NCBI GenBank assembly: GCA_001643675.2
Contig: LSRY02000065.1
Location: 1-64,000 of the forward strand
Source: Monocercomonoides exilis PA203
Taxonomy: Eukaryota; Protista; Preaxostyla
Reading direction: 5' to 3'
Length of the DNA stretch: 64,000 nt
Below the pieces are notes generated by a model, which searched no databases, was not told where the DNA came from, and saw only the letters and a program-made list of their open reading frames with translations. A program made the position numbers and the translations under genes. This document shows, piece by piece, positions 1 to 11,456 of the stretch (its first letter is position 1; every line of letters starts with the position of its first letter).

Positions 1-3000
1 CCCTGTTTAACCGAATTTTTCATAATATTTTTGCGGGGCGGGGAGGGCGCGGTGAGTGGTGTGGCTCCGCTGCAGGCCACAGGAGCCAGGGGGCTATTAG
101 TACAAATTTTGTAATTTTTATCGAAAAAGAAGTTTTGAGAATAATTGGTGTTGAGTGATATTTCGTGAGAGGGCCCTTTCAGAGGGAAAAGACCTTCTCG
201 AAATATCACAAAAACCTACACTCAAAACAATAACAGAGTGTGTGAATGGAGAGTGATCGGAGGGCGTTGCAAGGCGCTCCCCACCCTCTCCGAGCCGGAA
301 GGAACGCGCTGCGCGCTGCCCTAGGCCTTTCTCAGTCATTTTCCCTGTTTAACCGAATTTTTCATAATATTTTTTTGCGGGGCGGGGAGGGCGGTGAGGT
401 GTGGCCTGCTGTGCAGGCCACAGGAGCCAGGGGGCTATTAGTACAAATTTTGTAATTTTTATCGAAAAAGAAGTTTTGAGAATAATTGTGTTGAGTGATA
501 TTTCGGGTGAGAGGGCCCTTTCAGAGGGAAAAGACCTTCTCAGCCGAAATATCACAAAAACCTACACTCAAAACAATAACAGAGTGTGTGTGAATGGGGG
601 AGAGAGTGATCGGAGGGCGTTGCAAGGCGCTCCCCACCCTCTCCGAGCCGGAAGGAACGCTGCGCGCTGCCCTAGGCCTTTCTCAGTCATTTTCCTGTTT
701 AACCGAATTTTTCATAATATTTTTTTGCGGGGCGGGGAGGGCGCGGTGTTAGTGTGGCCTACGTGCAGGCCACAGGAGCCAGGGGGCTATTAGTACAAAT
801 TTTGTAATTTTTATCGAAAAAGAAGTTTTGAGAATAATTGGTGTTGAGTGATATTTCGTGAGAGGGCCCTTTCAGAGGAAAAGACCTTCTCAGCCGAAAT
901 ATCACAAAACCTACACTCAAAACAATAACAGAGTGTGTGAATGGGGGAGAGAGTGATCGGAGGGCGTTGCAAGGCGCTCCCCACCCTCTCCGAGCCGGAA
1001 GGAACGCGCTGCGCGCTGCCCTAGGCCTTTCTCAGTCATTTTCCTGTTTAACCGAATTTTTCATAATATTTTTGCGGGGCGGGGAGGGCGCGGTGAGTGG
1101 TGTGGCTCGCTGCAGGCCACAGGAGCCAGGGGGCTATTAGTACAAATTTTGTAATTTTTATCGAAAAAGAAGTTTTGAGAATAATTGGTGTTGAGTGATA
1201 TTTCGGGTGAGAGGGCCCTTTCAGAGGGAAAAGACCTTCTCAGCCGAAATATCACAAAACCTACACTCAAAACAATAACAGAGTGTGTGTGAATGGGGGA
1301 GAGAGTGATCGGAGGGCGTTGCAAGGCGCTCCCCACCCTCTCCGAGCCGGAAGGAACGCTGCGCGCTGCCCTAGGCCTTTCTCAGTCATTTTCCTGTTTA
1401 ACCGAATTTTTCATAATATTTTTTTGCGGGGCGGGAGGGCGCGGTGAGTGGTGTGGCCTGCTGTGCAGGCCACAGGAGCCAGGGGGCTATTAGTACAAAT
1501 TTTGTAATTTTTATCGAAAAAGAAGTTTTGAGAATAATTAGGTGTTGAGTGATATTTCGTGAGAGGCCCTTTCAGAGGGAAAAGACCTTCTCAGCCGAAA
1601 TATCACAAAACCTACACTCAAAACAATAACAGAGTGTGTGTGAATGGGGAGAGAGTGATCGGAGGGCGTTGCAAGGCGCTCCCCACCCTCTCCGAGCCGG
1701 AAGGAACGCGCTGCGCGCTGCCCTAGGCCTTTCTCAGTCATTTTCCCTGTTTAACCGAATTTTTCATAATATTTTTTTGCGGGGCGGGGAGGGCGCGGTG
1801 AGTGGTGTGGCCTGCTGTGCAGGCCACAGGAGCCAGGGGGCTATTAGTACAAATTTTGTAATTTTTATCGAAAAGAAGTTTTGAGAATAATTAGGTGTTG
1901 AGTGATATTTCGGGTGAGAGGGCCCTTTCAGAGGGAAAAGACCTTCTCAGCCGAAATATCACAAAACCTACACTCAAAACAATAACAGAGTGTGTGTGAA
2001 TGGGGAGAGAGTGATCGGAGGGCGTTGCAAGGCGCTCCCCACCCTCTCCGAGCCGGAAGGAACGCTGCGCGCTGCCCTAGGCCTTTCTCAGTCATTTTCC
2101 CTGTTTAACCGAATTTTTCATAATATTTTTTGCGGGGCGGGGAGGGCGCGGTGAGTGGTGTGGCCTGCTGTGCAGGCCACAGGAGCCAGGGGGCTATTAG
2201 TACAAATTTTGTAATTTTTATCGAAAAGAAGTTTTGAGAATAATTGGTGTTGAGTGATATTTCGGGTGAGAGGGCCCTTTCAGAGGGAAAAGACCTTCTC
2301 AGCCGAAATATCACAAAAACCTACACTCAAAACAATAACAGAGTGTGTGTGAATGGGGGAGAGAGTGATCGGAGGGCGTTGCAAGGCGCTCCCCACCCTC
2401 TCCGAGCCGGAAGGAACGCGCTGCGCGCTGCCCTAGGCCTTTCTCAGTCATTTTCCCTGTTTAACCGAATTTTTCATAATATTTTTTGCGGGGCGGGGAG
2501 GGCGCGGTGAGTGGTGTGGCCTGCTGTGCAGGCCACAGGAGCCAGGGGGCTATTAGTACAAATTTTGTAATTTTTATCGAAAAAGAAGTTTTGAGAATAA
2601 TTAGGTGTTGAGTGATATTTCGGGTGAGAGGGCCCTTTCAGAGGGAAAAGACCTTCTCAGCCGAAATATCACAAAAACCTACACTCAAAACAATAACAGA
2701 GTGTGTGTGAATGGGGAGAGAGTGATCGGAGGGCGTTGCAAGGCGCTCCCCACCCTCTCCGAGCCGGAAGGAACGCGCTGCGCGCTGCCCTAGGCCTTTC
2801 TCAGTCATTTTCCCTGTTTAACCGAATTTTTCATAATATTTTTTTGCGGGGCGGGGAGGGCGCGGTGAGTGGTGTGGCCTGCTGTGCAGGCCACAGGAGC
2901 CAGGGGGCTATTAGTACAAATTTTGTAATTTTTATCGAAAAAGAAGTTTTGAGAATAATTGGTGTTGAGTGATATTTCGGGTGAGAGGGCCCTTTCAGAG

Positions 3001-5270
3001 GGAAAAGACCTTCTCAGCCGAAATATCACAAAACCTACACTCAAAACAATAACAGAGTGTGTGTGAATGGGGGAGAGAGTGATCGGAGGGCGTTGCAAGG
3101 CGCTCCCCACCCTCTCCGAGCCGGAAGGAACGCGCTGCGCGCTGCCCTAGGCCTTTCTCAGTCATTTTCCCTGTTTAACCGAATTTTTCATAATATTTTT
3201 TTTTTGCGGGGGCGGGGAGGGCGCGGTGAGTGGTGTGGCCTGCTGTGCAGGCCACAGGAGCTCAGGGGGCTATTAGTACAAATTTTGTAATTTTTATCGA
3301 AAAGAAGTTTTGAGAATAATTGGTGTTGAGTGATATTTCGGGTGAGAGGGCCCTTTCAGAGGGAAAAGACCTTCTCAGCCGAAATATCACAAAAACCTAC
3401 ACCTCAAAAACAATAACAGAGTGTGTGTGAATGGGGGAGAGAGTGATCGGAGGGCGTTGCAAGGCGCTCCCCACCCTCTCCGAGCCGGAAGGAACGCGCT
3501 GCGCGCTGCCCTAGGCCTTTCTCAGTCATTTTCCCTGTTTAACCGAATTTTTCATAATATTTTTTGCGGGGCGGGAGGGCGCGGTGAGTGGTGTGGCCTG
3601 CTGTGCAGGCCACAGGAGCCAGGGGGCTATTAGTACAAATTTTGTAATTTTTATCGAAAAAGAAGTTTTGAGAATAATTGGTGTTGAGTGATATTTCGGG
3701 TGAGAGGGCCCTTTCAGAGGGAAAAGACCTTCTCAGCCGAAATATCACAAAACCTACACTCAAAACAATAACAGAGTGTGTGTGAATGGGGGAGAGAGTG
3801 ATCGGAGGGCGTTGCAAGGCGCTCCCCACCCTCTCCGAGCCGGAAGGAACGCTGCGCGCTGCCCTAGGCCTTTCTCAGTCATTTTCCCTGTTTAACCGAA
3901 TTTTTCATAATATTTTTTTGCGGGGCGGGGAGGGCGCGGTGAGTGGTGTGGCCTGCTGTGCAGGCCACAGGAGCTCAGGGGGCTATTAGTACAAATTTTG
4001 TAATTTTTATCGAAAAAGAAGTTTTGAGAATAATTGGTGTTGAGTGATATTTCGGGTGAGAGGGCCCTTTCAGAGGGAAAAGACCTTCTCAGCCGAAATA
4101 TCACAAAACCTACACTCAAAACAATAACAGAGTGTGTGTGAATGGGGGAGAGAGTGATCGGAGGGCGTTGCAAGGCGCTCCCCACCCTCTCCGAGCCGGA
4201 AGGAACGCGCTGCGCGCTGCCCTAGGCCTTTCTCAGTCATTTTCCCTGTTTAACCGAATTTTTCATAATATTTTTTTGCGGGGCGGGGAGGGCGCGGTGA
4301 GTGGTGTGGCCTGCTGTGCAGGCCACAGGAGCTCAGGGGCTATTAGTACAAATTTTGTAATTTTTATCGAAAAAGAAGTTTTGAGAATAATTGGTGTTGA
4401 GTGATATTTCGGGTGAGAGGGCCCTTTCAGAGGGAAAAGACCTTCTCAGCCGAAATATCACAAAAACCTACACTCAAAACAATAACAGAGTGTGTGTGAA
4501 TGGGGGAGAGAGTGATCGGAGGGCGTTGCAAGGCGCTCCCCACCCTCTCCGAGCCGGAAGGAACGCGCTGCGCGCTGCCCTAGGCCTTTCTCAGTCATTT
4601 TCCCTGTTTAACCGAATTTTTCATAATATTTTTTGCGGGGCGGGGAGGGCGCGGTGAGTGGTGTGGCCTGCTGTGCAGGCCACAGGAGCTCAGGGGGCTA
4701 TTAGTACAAATTTTGTAATTTTTATCGAAAAAGAAGTTTTGAGAATAATTGGTGTTGAGTGATATTTCGGGTGAGAGGGCCCTTTCAGAGGGAAAAGACC
4801 TTCTCAGCCGAAATATCACAAAACCTACACTCAAAACAATAACAGAGTGTGTGTGAATGGGGGAGAGAGTGATCGGAGGGCGTTGCAAGGCGCTCCCCAC
4901 CCTCTCCGAGCCGGAAGGAACGCGCTGCGCGCTGCCCTAGGCCTTTCTCAGTCATTTTCCCTGTTTAACCGAATTTTTCATAATATTTTTTGCGGGGCGG
5001 GGAGGGCGCGGTGAGTGGTGTGGCCTGCTGTGCAGGCCACAGGAGCCAGGGGGCTATTAGTACAAATTTTGTAATTTTTATCGAAAAAGAAGTTTTGAGA
5101 ATAATTGGTGTTGAGTGATATTTCGGGTGAGAGGGCCCTTTCAGAGGGAAAAGACCTTCTCAGCCGAAATATCACAAAAACCTACACCTCAAAACAATAA
5201 CAGAGTGTGTGTGAATGGGGAGAGAGTGATCGGAGGGCGTTGCAAGGCGCTCCCCACCCTCTCCGAGCCG
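1..5270. repeat. Tandem array of a ~355-bp GC/AT-mosaic, hairpin-rich unit (14 full copies plus 1 partial; left end outside window)
   Basis: The marker CCTGTTTAACCGAATTTT recurs at about 1, 343, 693, 1043, 1392, 1745, 2099, 2455, 2812, 3169, 3533, 3886, 4244, 4602 and 4959. Copies differ mainly by homopolymer indels. Identity to the unit stops after CCGAGCCG at 5270. Confidence 0.98.
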
Positions 5271-5365
5271 AAGTCACGTCGCTTCGCACAAAATGCTCAC
5301 TTCGCTCGCATTTCGTGCTCGCTCCTTAGACTTTTGCTCGTCGAGCTTAGGGGAGCGCTATTAGT
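5271..5365. other. Diverged terminal variant of the repeat unit forming GC-rich hairpins and ending in GCTATTAGT
   Basis: Hairpins GCACAAAATGC(5286-5296)/GCATTTCGTGC(5308-5318), CGCTCC(5320-5325)/GGAGCG(5352-5357) and GCTCG-T-CGAGC(5336-5346). Shares AAG..ACG.CGCT.CGC, CCYTAGRCYTTT and GAGC..AGGGG..GCTATTAGT blocks with the unit. Confidence 0.7.
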
Positions 5366-5484
5366 TTTTAATTTTTAATTTTTAATTTTTAATTTTTGTT
5401 TAAATTTTTGTATGTTTAAATTTTTTTATTTTTTTATTTATAAATATCAAAATTACCATATTTAAATTTATAATTAACTGATTT

Positions 5485-8273
5485 TACAGATTTTCGTATC
5501 TGCTTTGCAAAACTTAATCAGCAACATTCTTTCACGTTGATCACACTTGATGGCATGCATTCCACGCTCGCAGCATAATATATAATCGTTTGCATCACTT
5601 TGCACATCATTGCATTCATTGTTTTCCAAGATCTGTTTTATTACTTATTCATGTGTTGCTAAGTAACGAAAATCTGAAATTAAAATTCACAAAGGATAAT
5701 TAATCAACATCAAACATTTGCGTGCATGCTGATCGCATAATTAATCTTCTATTAAACTTCATTTCCATCATTGTTGCCAACTCGCCGCTTCCGATCTTCG
5801 CTTTTTCAAACTTCCATCCGCACGTTTTCATTTCATTTCATAAATGATTCATTGAAAACAAAAATATTAAATGTTTCATTTTGTATTTGCAACAAACAAA
5901 CGCAGAATGATACATTTAACTTTTCTCATATTTTTCAATGAAATTAAAGAATGATCAACATTCATAACAGCATATATTCAAATTAATCAAAGAAATAATC
6001 AATACAAACTTCATTAATTTGAATCTTTTGTTTCGATAAATGCAAAATCTTTCATTGATCAAAATAAAAATTCAATTTGAAAATATATTTATCCGTAAAT
6101 AATAAAGAACACTGATAACTTTTGAAGCTCACTAATACTTTATTTAATGTTCCAGTAAAGCTGTAAAATGAATGACAGTTTATTTCATTAAATAGACAGA
6201 AATTGCTTAAACGATCTTGAATTAAAGAAAATGAATTTATTTATCTCTCAGACAATAAATTGAAAAAAGCACACAAAAATATTCTCAATCTGCTTTGTTC
6301 CTTTAATTCTGTACTTTGCAAATATAAAAATTATACCATTTCTATCAATGATCTCAACTGTTCTGATTTTGTTTCACTGAAATTATAAATTCATTCAAAA
6401 AAAGAATTAATAGAAATGGAAATACCTCTATGTTCATCATTTCATCCCAGTTTGTCATGTCTTTCAAGCATTATATTGAAATTGCGATTCATCAGTACTG
6501 CAAAAAAGGAGTTTCATAATTCCTTTTCACAAAAATGAAAACAAAAAAATGTTCAAGTAATGAAATAGCAAATATCTGTTCAAACATCAAATAATTCAAA
6601 CTGTGAAATTTCATTTCTTCAACAATAATAAGTCATCTCTGTTTGAAAAAAGAAAATTCCATTCATTAATCCTTTTCGGCTGCTCAGCTTTTGGCATTCC
6701 ATCGAAGATTCTATATTTATTTGAAGAACAATGTGCAATATGTACAGAAAATGTCGTAATTCTATTTTCAAACTTCTCGCACGCTACAAGAAAATGATTG
6801 ATCAACATAATTTGCTTCATGACACATTTTATTTATCAAAAACAAAGAAATCAATGGAAAAATAAAATAAATTCATCAAACCTCTCGTCTTTTTCAACAT
6901 TATCGATCAGATATTTGTTTCTATCAGATAAAAATGCAAGATATCTTCTTCTTTTTGTTTCAGGTTATACCATTGTTGGATCAACAAAAGAAAAAATCAC
7001 AAAGAATATAATTTTCTTCAATTGTCAATCATTTGAAAAATCCTCTTCCAATGCATTGGATTCATCTTTAATTATCCTGTTTAATCAATAAGCAATCAAA
7101 TTTTATCTAATTCAACACAAAATATAACTCCAAACCATGTTCTTTTCATTCAAAACTGTTTATCTTCATTTTGCCGATTAAGAGATAAACAACATTGTCA
7201 GATTGTTGTGATATTGAACAACTGCACAAATTAATCGCAAAACATGCATATTACGTTGAAGCTTTCATTCGGCAACGTTCAGGTCTTCACAAAAATGTTG
7301 AAACAATTGATCATTGCTAACAAACAAACAAAAAAGAAAAATTGAAAACCCTTCATGACAAAAATAATAAAATGTATCATCACTCATCACACAGACTATA
7401 TTCGCTTCAAAATCAATTTCATTTGCAGAGGAACTAGTGAACATCCGAAAGCCTTTTCATTGATAACTATTCAAACAGCAAAATGATATAAAATTTGAGA
7501 AACATTCTTTATTTGAAGATGAAAATATCAATGCACGAACCTGCAATTATCCAATAATTTTCTGTGATGCAAAATAAACTTTCTTCCAATTATATTGTCT
7601 GTTTCAATGAAAAATGATAAAAAAATCTTCAATAAAATAAAAAGGAACAAATCTACACACATTTTCGCACAACCATTTGAAATAAATGTTAAACTTGGAC
7701 ATATGATGCGAACATTTATTGAAACATTTTTCTGCCTTTTGATCATTTCCATAAATCGATATTTGCTTCAACTACATGAATGTTTCTTTTTCTTTGCATG
7801 CTGATGAATGGCACTCAATAACATCAGTATTGATGAAAATAATTATTGCTGTTTGCATTTTTCAAGTTATCAATTGAGTTTTATCCCTTTTTATTAAACA
7901 AACTTTCATCATTTTCAGATAGTTGTATATTCGTTGAGAAGAAATGAAATCACAAAATTCATCACAGAAGTAAATGCATTTCAAAGTTTGTTTTCATTCT
8001 GCCTTCAAAATAATTGTCATTTGCTCTTTTATATCGTTTTAAGAATGAAGTTAGTTGATCAAAAATCAGATGACACAGTTTTTTCGGTTCATCGACTACA
8101 TTGACTGCTGATAACCTGGTATGTTGTTCTGTGGCATATAAACTATTTGTTTCTGTGTTTATTTTTTCTCCAATAATTGTATTCATTGAAAATGAAATGA
8201 TTTTTTATTGGAATTTTTTTTTGACTGAATAACCTTTGATCTTTTTTATTTTTCTGAATAACTCTTGACCCAT
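5485..8273 (-). pseudogene. Possible degenerate intron-containing gene of unknown family
   Basis: ATG at 8273, intron-like GT..AG segments (for example ~7077-7135), and protein-like frames broken by scattered TGA/TAA (ORFs 7962-8186 and 6611-6820). No recognisable motif, and alternative frames look similarly plausible. Confidence 0.25.
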
Positions 8274-8690
8274 AATGTGTTATTTTGACTCAATTTTTGG
8301 TTTTTGATTTGTTTTTTAATTTTTCATTTTTATTTACGTTTTTGACTAACTATGTTGCTGTATTTTATGTTATATGTTTATATAACGATATATATGATGT
8401 TTTTATTGTGTTTTTTTTTATTATAACTAACTTTTATAAATACTAATAATAACATTTTTAAACTTTTAAACTTTGTTATAATGTTGTTATGACACAATAG
8501 ATTGGATATCATGGATGAAACAATAACGAGACAATGTTGCGGATGGACATTCATTGAATGTGATGCGATATAAAAAAGGTTTGTTTTTGTTTTTCTTTTA
8601 AAGAAAGTTAATAGTTTTAAATAATAATACGTTGTTATATTGGTGTATGGTGATGTGGAAAAACATTTCATTAATAACCTGCCTCCAAAC

Positions 8691-11456
8691 TTACAAACAT
8701 TGAACGTCTTCATCTGAATCATCCTCGACTCTTACCCATTCACTCCCATCCTCACTCCTCTTCAACCTCTTGCTCTTCTTTGTACTCTTCATCTTCTTTA
8801 TCATCATTTCTGTTTCAGCCTCGTCAATCTCTTCTTCTTCTTCTTCTTCTTCTCTTCTCTTCCTCTTTGTTGCCTTTTCTTCACCACATCCCCACTCATC
8901 TTCCATGTTGACAGGCTTTCTTTTCTTGTATGTCTTTTTCTTTATTTCATTTGTTTGACTTTGTTTTGCTTTTTCTATTATATCCTTTAGTGGAAGAGGT
9001 TTAGGTTTTTCAATCTTCCCCTTCTTCAGAAGAACCTGAAGATGGTCATCGATGTGCTGACGATTTCGAAAGGGAAACAACTTCATCATTTCGGATGCCC
9101 TTTTTCCTTCATTAAAGAGCTGAATTAGTTTGTCATCATCCTCTTTCTTCCATCGAATTCTTCTAATGTTATTTTTTTCATTTCTTTCTCTATCTTTTAT
9201 CGCTTCTTCTCTCTCCTTCTTTCTTCTCTCTTTCACTGTTAAATGTGACATATGATCAACCTTATGGTTGTACTTTCTAACCGGCGCCTTTGATGTGCAG
9301 CTCTCAGCCATGTCGCATATCATTGTTGCCATTTCTTCTGGAGTCTTGCCTTGCACAAGGAGTTGATCTTGTATGAACATGTTGGCAACCGTTGAAGCAA
9401 CAGAATAAAGGTCTGTCTTTCTTTGTTCTTCTTCCTTCTTTTCATTAATTTCTTTCATTCTGTATTCTGCAACCATCATCAATTCTTCATTTTCTTCAAC
9501 TAACTTCTTTGAACCGTTTCTAATGTACCTCTCTCTTTTCGCTTCCTCCACAATCAACTCTCCATAATACTCACTCATTCTTCTTTTCACTAACTCTGAA
9601 AACTTCTCCATTGGGGTTTTCTCTTTCTTCACATTTTCCTTAAATGAAACACCATGAAACACTTCCAACTCCAATAGTGTTTCATCGAACACAGTTTGGT
9701 TTCTATCATCATTGGTTGTTATAAGTCTTGATGCAACCATGGCTCTCTTCACGGCTTCTTTGATGTAAGTGCATTGCGAAAGTCGACACTGTTGCCAGCC
9801 AGCAACAAAGGCTGTTTTTTCCATGACTGCTCGTTGGGTTTCATTGTCTTTGTTCGCAGCGATAAGAGCGGTGCATATGAAACCGCTTCGTAGTGAATGG
9901 AAACAAAACAGATGTCGTGGATATCCTGCAGCTTCCGCTCTGCTTTTAAATCGCTCCCTCATGCTGTCGGTGCTCAGTGGCCACACGAGTTGATTTAGGT
10001 TTGCTTTTTCTTTAGCATTATTCCAATCTGAAAGTCTGATTCCTGTTTTTTGATATACATATAACGAGAGCCAATAGACTGGATCTTCATCATTCTCTTC
10101 GTCTTCATTTCCTTCGATCGTGACCTTGTGGCCCCAGTTGTGCGATGCTTTTGTTCTGTTGAATTGGATGGTGCACAGTAATTTATTGGTGAATTTGGAT
10201 CTCACAACTTGCTTGATATCTGAAAGTTTAACACTGGAAAGCGTGATGGCACGAGCCCCTGTGTGCACAGCGACGAGGAAGAGCGATGATTCTAAAGCCT
10301 TGTCGAGCATTGTATTTGGAATGAAATGAACAATTCTTTTCACATCCTGGAGTACAGCAGGTTCTTTTTTTGTTACAGTTTTCTCCACTTCACTGCTATA
10401 TTTTAAACATCTCACTGCATCTTTCAAAGAATGATAAGTGTTTGAACTAAGTCTTTTTCCTCTTTTTATAATGTTAATTCTTTTAAGTGATGGAATGATT
10501 ACGTATCGAATAGAGGAAAGAGGGTAGTGGCACTCTTTCCCACAAAACAAAACGAACCCTCTCGCTGCTTCGTGATGTAACGGCCACGGTTCGATTTCCA
10601 CTTTTTCAGCCCATATTGTCAGCAAGCGGTTCACCCAAGAATGTTTCTGTTTGGTAGCATCGGACCAAATCGATTCAACGTTCAAATATTTCTTGGCTTT
10701 TTCCTTGCTGACTCTGCTCACTGCTTCATCCATTCGAGTGGGATGAAAGTAGAGAGAGGAGGAAGGAATAATGGACGATGCTGAAAGAGAGGAAGAGAGA
10801 GAATTTGGAGAGACATCTGTTGAAGATGTTTGAAATAGTTCGGAGAAGGATGTGGGAGGGGGCGAAGAACGAGCAGGAGTTTTTGAGGGAGAAGACAAGC
10901 TGTTGAGAGCATCTGCTTTTTCGCTGAGGAATTGACGATCATTTCTCAAATATTTGGCAGCATCTTTCGTGCTTTCCAAGATGTCTTTTATTTCATTATT
11001 ATTTAACTTTTTCATTTTAATTTCTCCTTCATCAGATTCTTCCTCTTCAACCATTAGATTATCATCCTCTTCATCATATTCATCACCGTCAGAATCTTCA
11101 CTTGTTATTTCTTCTGATTCTGAATAATCAATTGCATCGTTGTATTTGTCGGATTTGCTTTTTTTCGAAGAATATTTAACTGAAGGAAGAATGTGAGTTA
11201 TCGATGGTGTTCTTGTCGAATCTGAAGAGAGAAATTTTTTAGATGAACTTTTTTTATGCAACGAAACTTTATGAATTGATGGAATTGAAGAAGTTGGAGT
11301 GCAATTTGAAGATGAAGAACAGTGATGAGTGTTTTGTGATGGAGAAAGGAATTCCTTCATAAACGACATCATTCTTTCGCACACTTCTTCCCTTCTGATA
11401 AATTCATTTTCATCAAAATTATCTGAAAGTGTGCGAATTTGAGTCGGTGGAGTCAA
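8691..11456 (-). CDS. Tyrosine recombinase (lambda-integrase/Cre/DIRS-Crypton-like YR fold) with C-terminal Myb/SANT-like domain, 921 aa, intronless
   Basis: Catalytic residues in canonical order: HTGAR (R ~10252), NRTKAS (K), FHSLRSG (HxxR 9888-9899), VAGW (W ~9797), QCTYIK (Y ~9766). A helical core-binding-like segment (SDATKQKH...PLSSIRYVIIPSL) precedes them. RIRWKKEDDDKLIQL...FPFRNRQHIDDH is Myb-like. Basic NLS-like tail. Confidence 0.9.
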   Translation of the reverse strand: MTPPTQIRTLSDNFDENEFIRREEVCERMMSFMKEFLSPSQNTHHCSSSSNCTPTSSIPSIHKVSLHKKSSSKKFLSSDSTRTPSITHILPSVKYSSKKSKSDKYNDAIDYSESEEITSEDSDGDEYDEEDDNLMVEEEESDEGEIKMKKLNNNEIKDILESTKDAAKYLRNDRQFLSEKADALNSLSSPSKTPARSSPPPTSFSELFQTSSTDVSPNSLSSSLSASSIIPSSSLYFHPTRMDEAVSRVSKEKAKKYLNVESIWSDATKQKHSWVNRLLTIWAEKVEIEPWPLHHEAARGFVLFCGKECHYPLSSIRYVIIPSLKRINIIKRGKRLSSNTYHSLKDAVRCLKYSSEVEKTVTKKEPAVLQDVKRIVHFIPNTMLDKALESSLFLVAVHTGARAITLSSVKLSDIKQVVRSKFTNKLLCTIQFNRTKASHNWGHKVTIEGNEDEENDEDPVYWLSLYVYQKTGIRLSDWNNAKEKANLNQLVWPLSTDSMRERFKSRAEAAGYPRHLFCFHSLRSGFICTALIAANKDNETQRAVMEKTAFVAGWQQCRLSQCTYIKEAVKRAMVASRLITTNDDRNQTVFDETLLELEVFHGVSFKENVKKEKTPMEKFSELVKRRMSEYYGELIVEEAKRERYIRNGSKKLVEENEELMMVAEYRMKEINEKKEEEQRKTDLYSVASTVANMFIQDQLLVQGKTPEEMATMICDMAESCTSKAPVRKYNHKVDHMSHLTVKERRKKEREEAIKDRERNEKNNIRRIRWKKEDDDKLIQLFNEGKRASEMMKLFPFRNRQHIDDHLQVLLKKGKIEKPKPLPLKDIIEKAKQSQTNEIKKKTYKKRKPVNMEDEWGCGEEKATKRKRREEEEEEEEIDEAETEMMIKKMKSTKKSKRLKRSEDGSEWVRVEDDSDEDVQCL

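Noticed and set aside
4759-4819. Hammerhead ribozyme/retrozyme (minus strand CUGAGAA...CGAAA)
   Set aside because: The core does not match CUGANGA and there is no stem I; the bases sit inside one long helix.
1-5270. CRISPR array or integron cassette array
   Set aside because: Units are identical end to end with no unique spacers or cassettes, and no cas genes are present.
1-5270. 5S rRNA, tRNA or snRNA tandem genes
   Set aside because: No recognisable 5S, cloverleaf/T-loop (GTTCRA) or snRNA motifs on either strand by eye. An Rfam search is still advisable.
118-5378. Dozens of short ORFs in the tandem array
   Set aside because: They are by-products of a GC-rich repeat. Frames shift between copies with homopolymer indels and no protein motif is present.
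5485-8273. Gene using a reassigned stop-codon code
   Set aside because: Both TGA and TAA interrupt all frames, and neighbouring genes terminate normally at TAA, TAG or TGA. Decay or non-coding sequence is more parsimonious.
8691-11456. DIRS retrotransposon or bacterial contaminant integrase
   Set aside because: No gag, RT or RNaseH ORF or split LTRs are seen nearby. The protein has eukaryote-style low-complexity and NLS-like regions and is contiguous with intron-containing genes.
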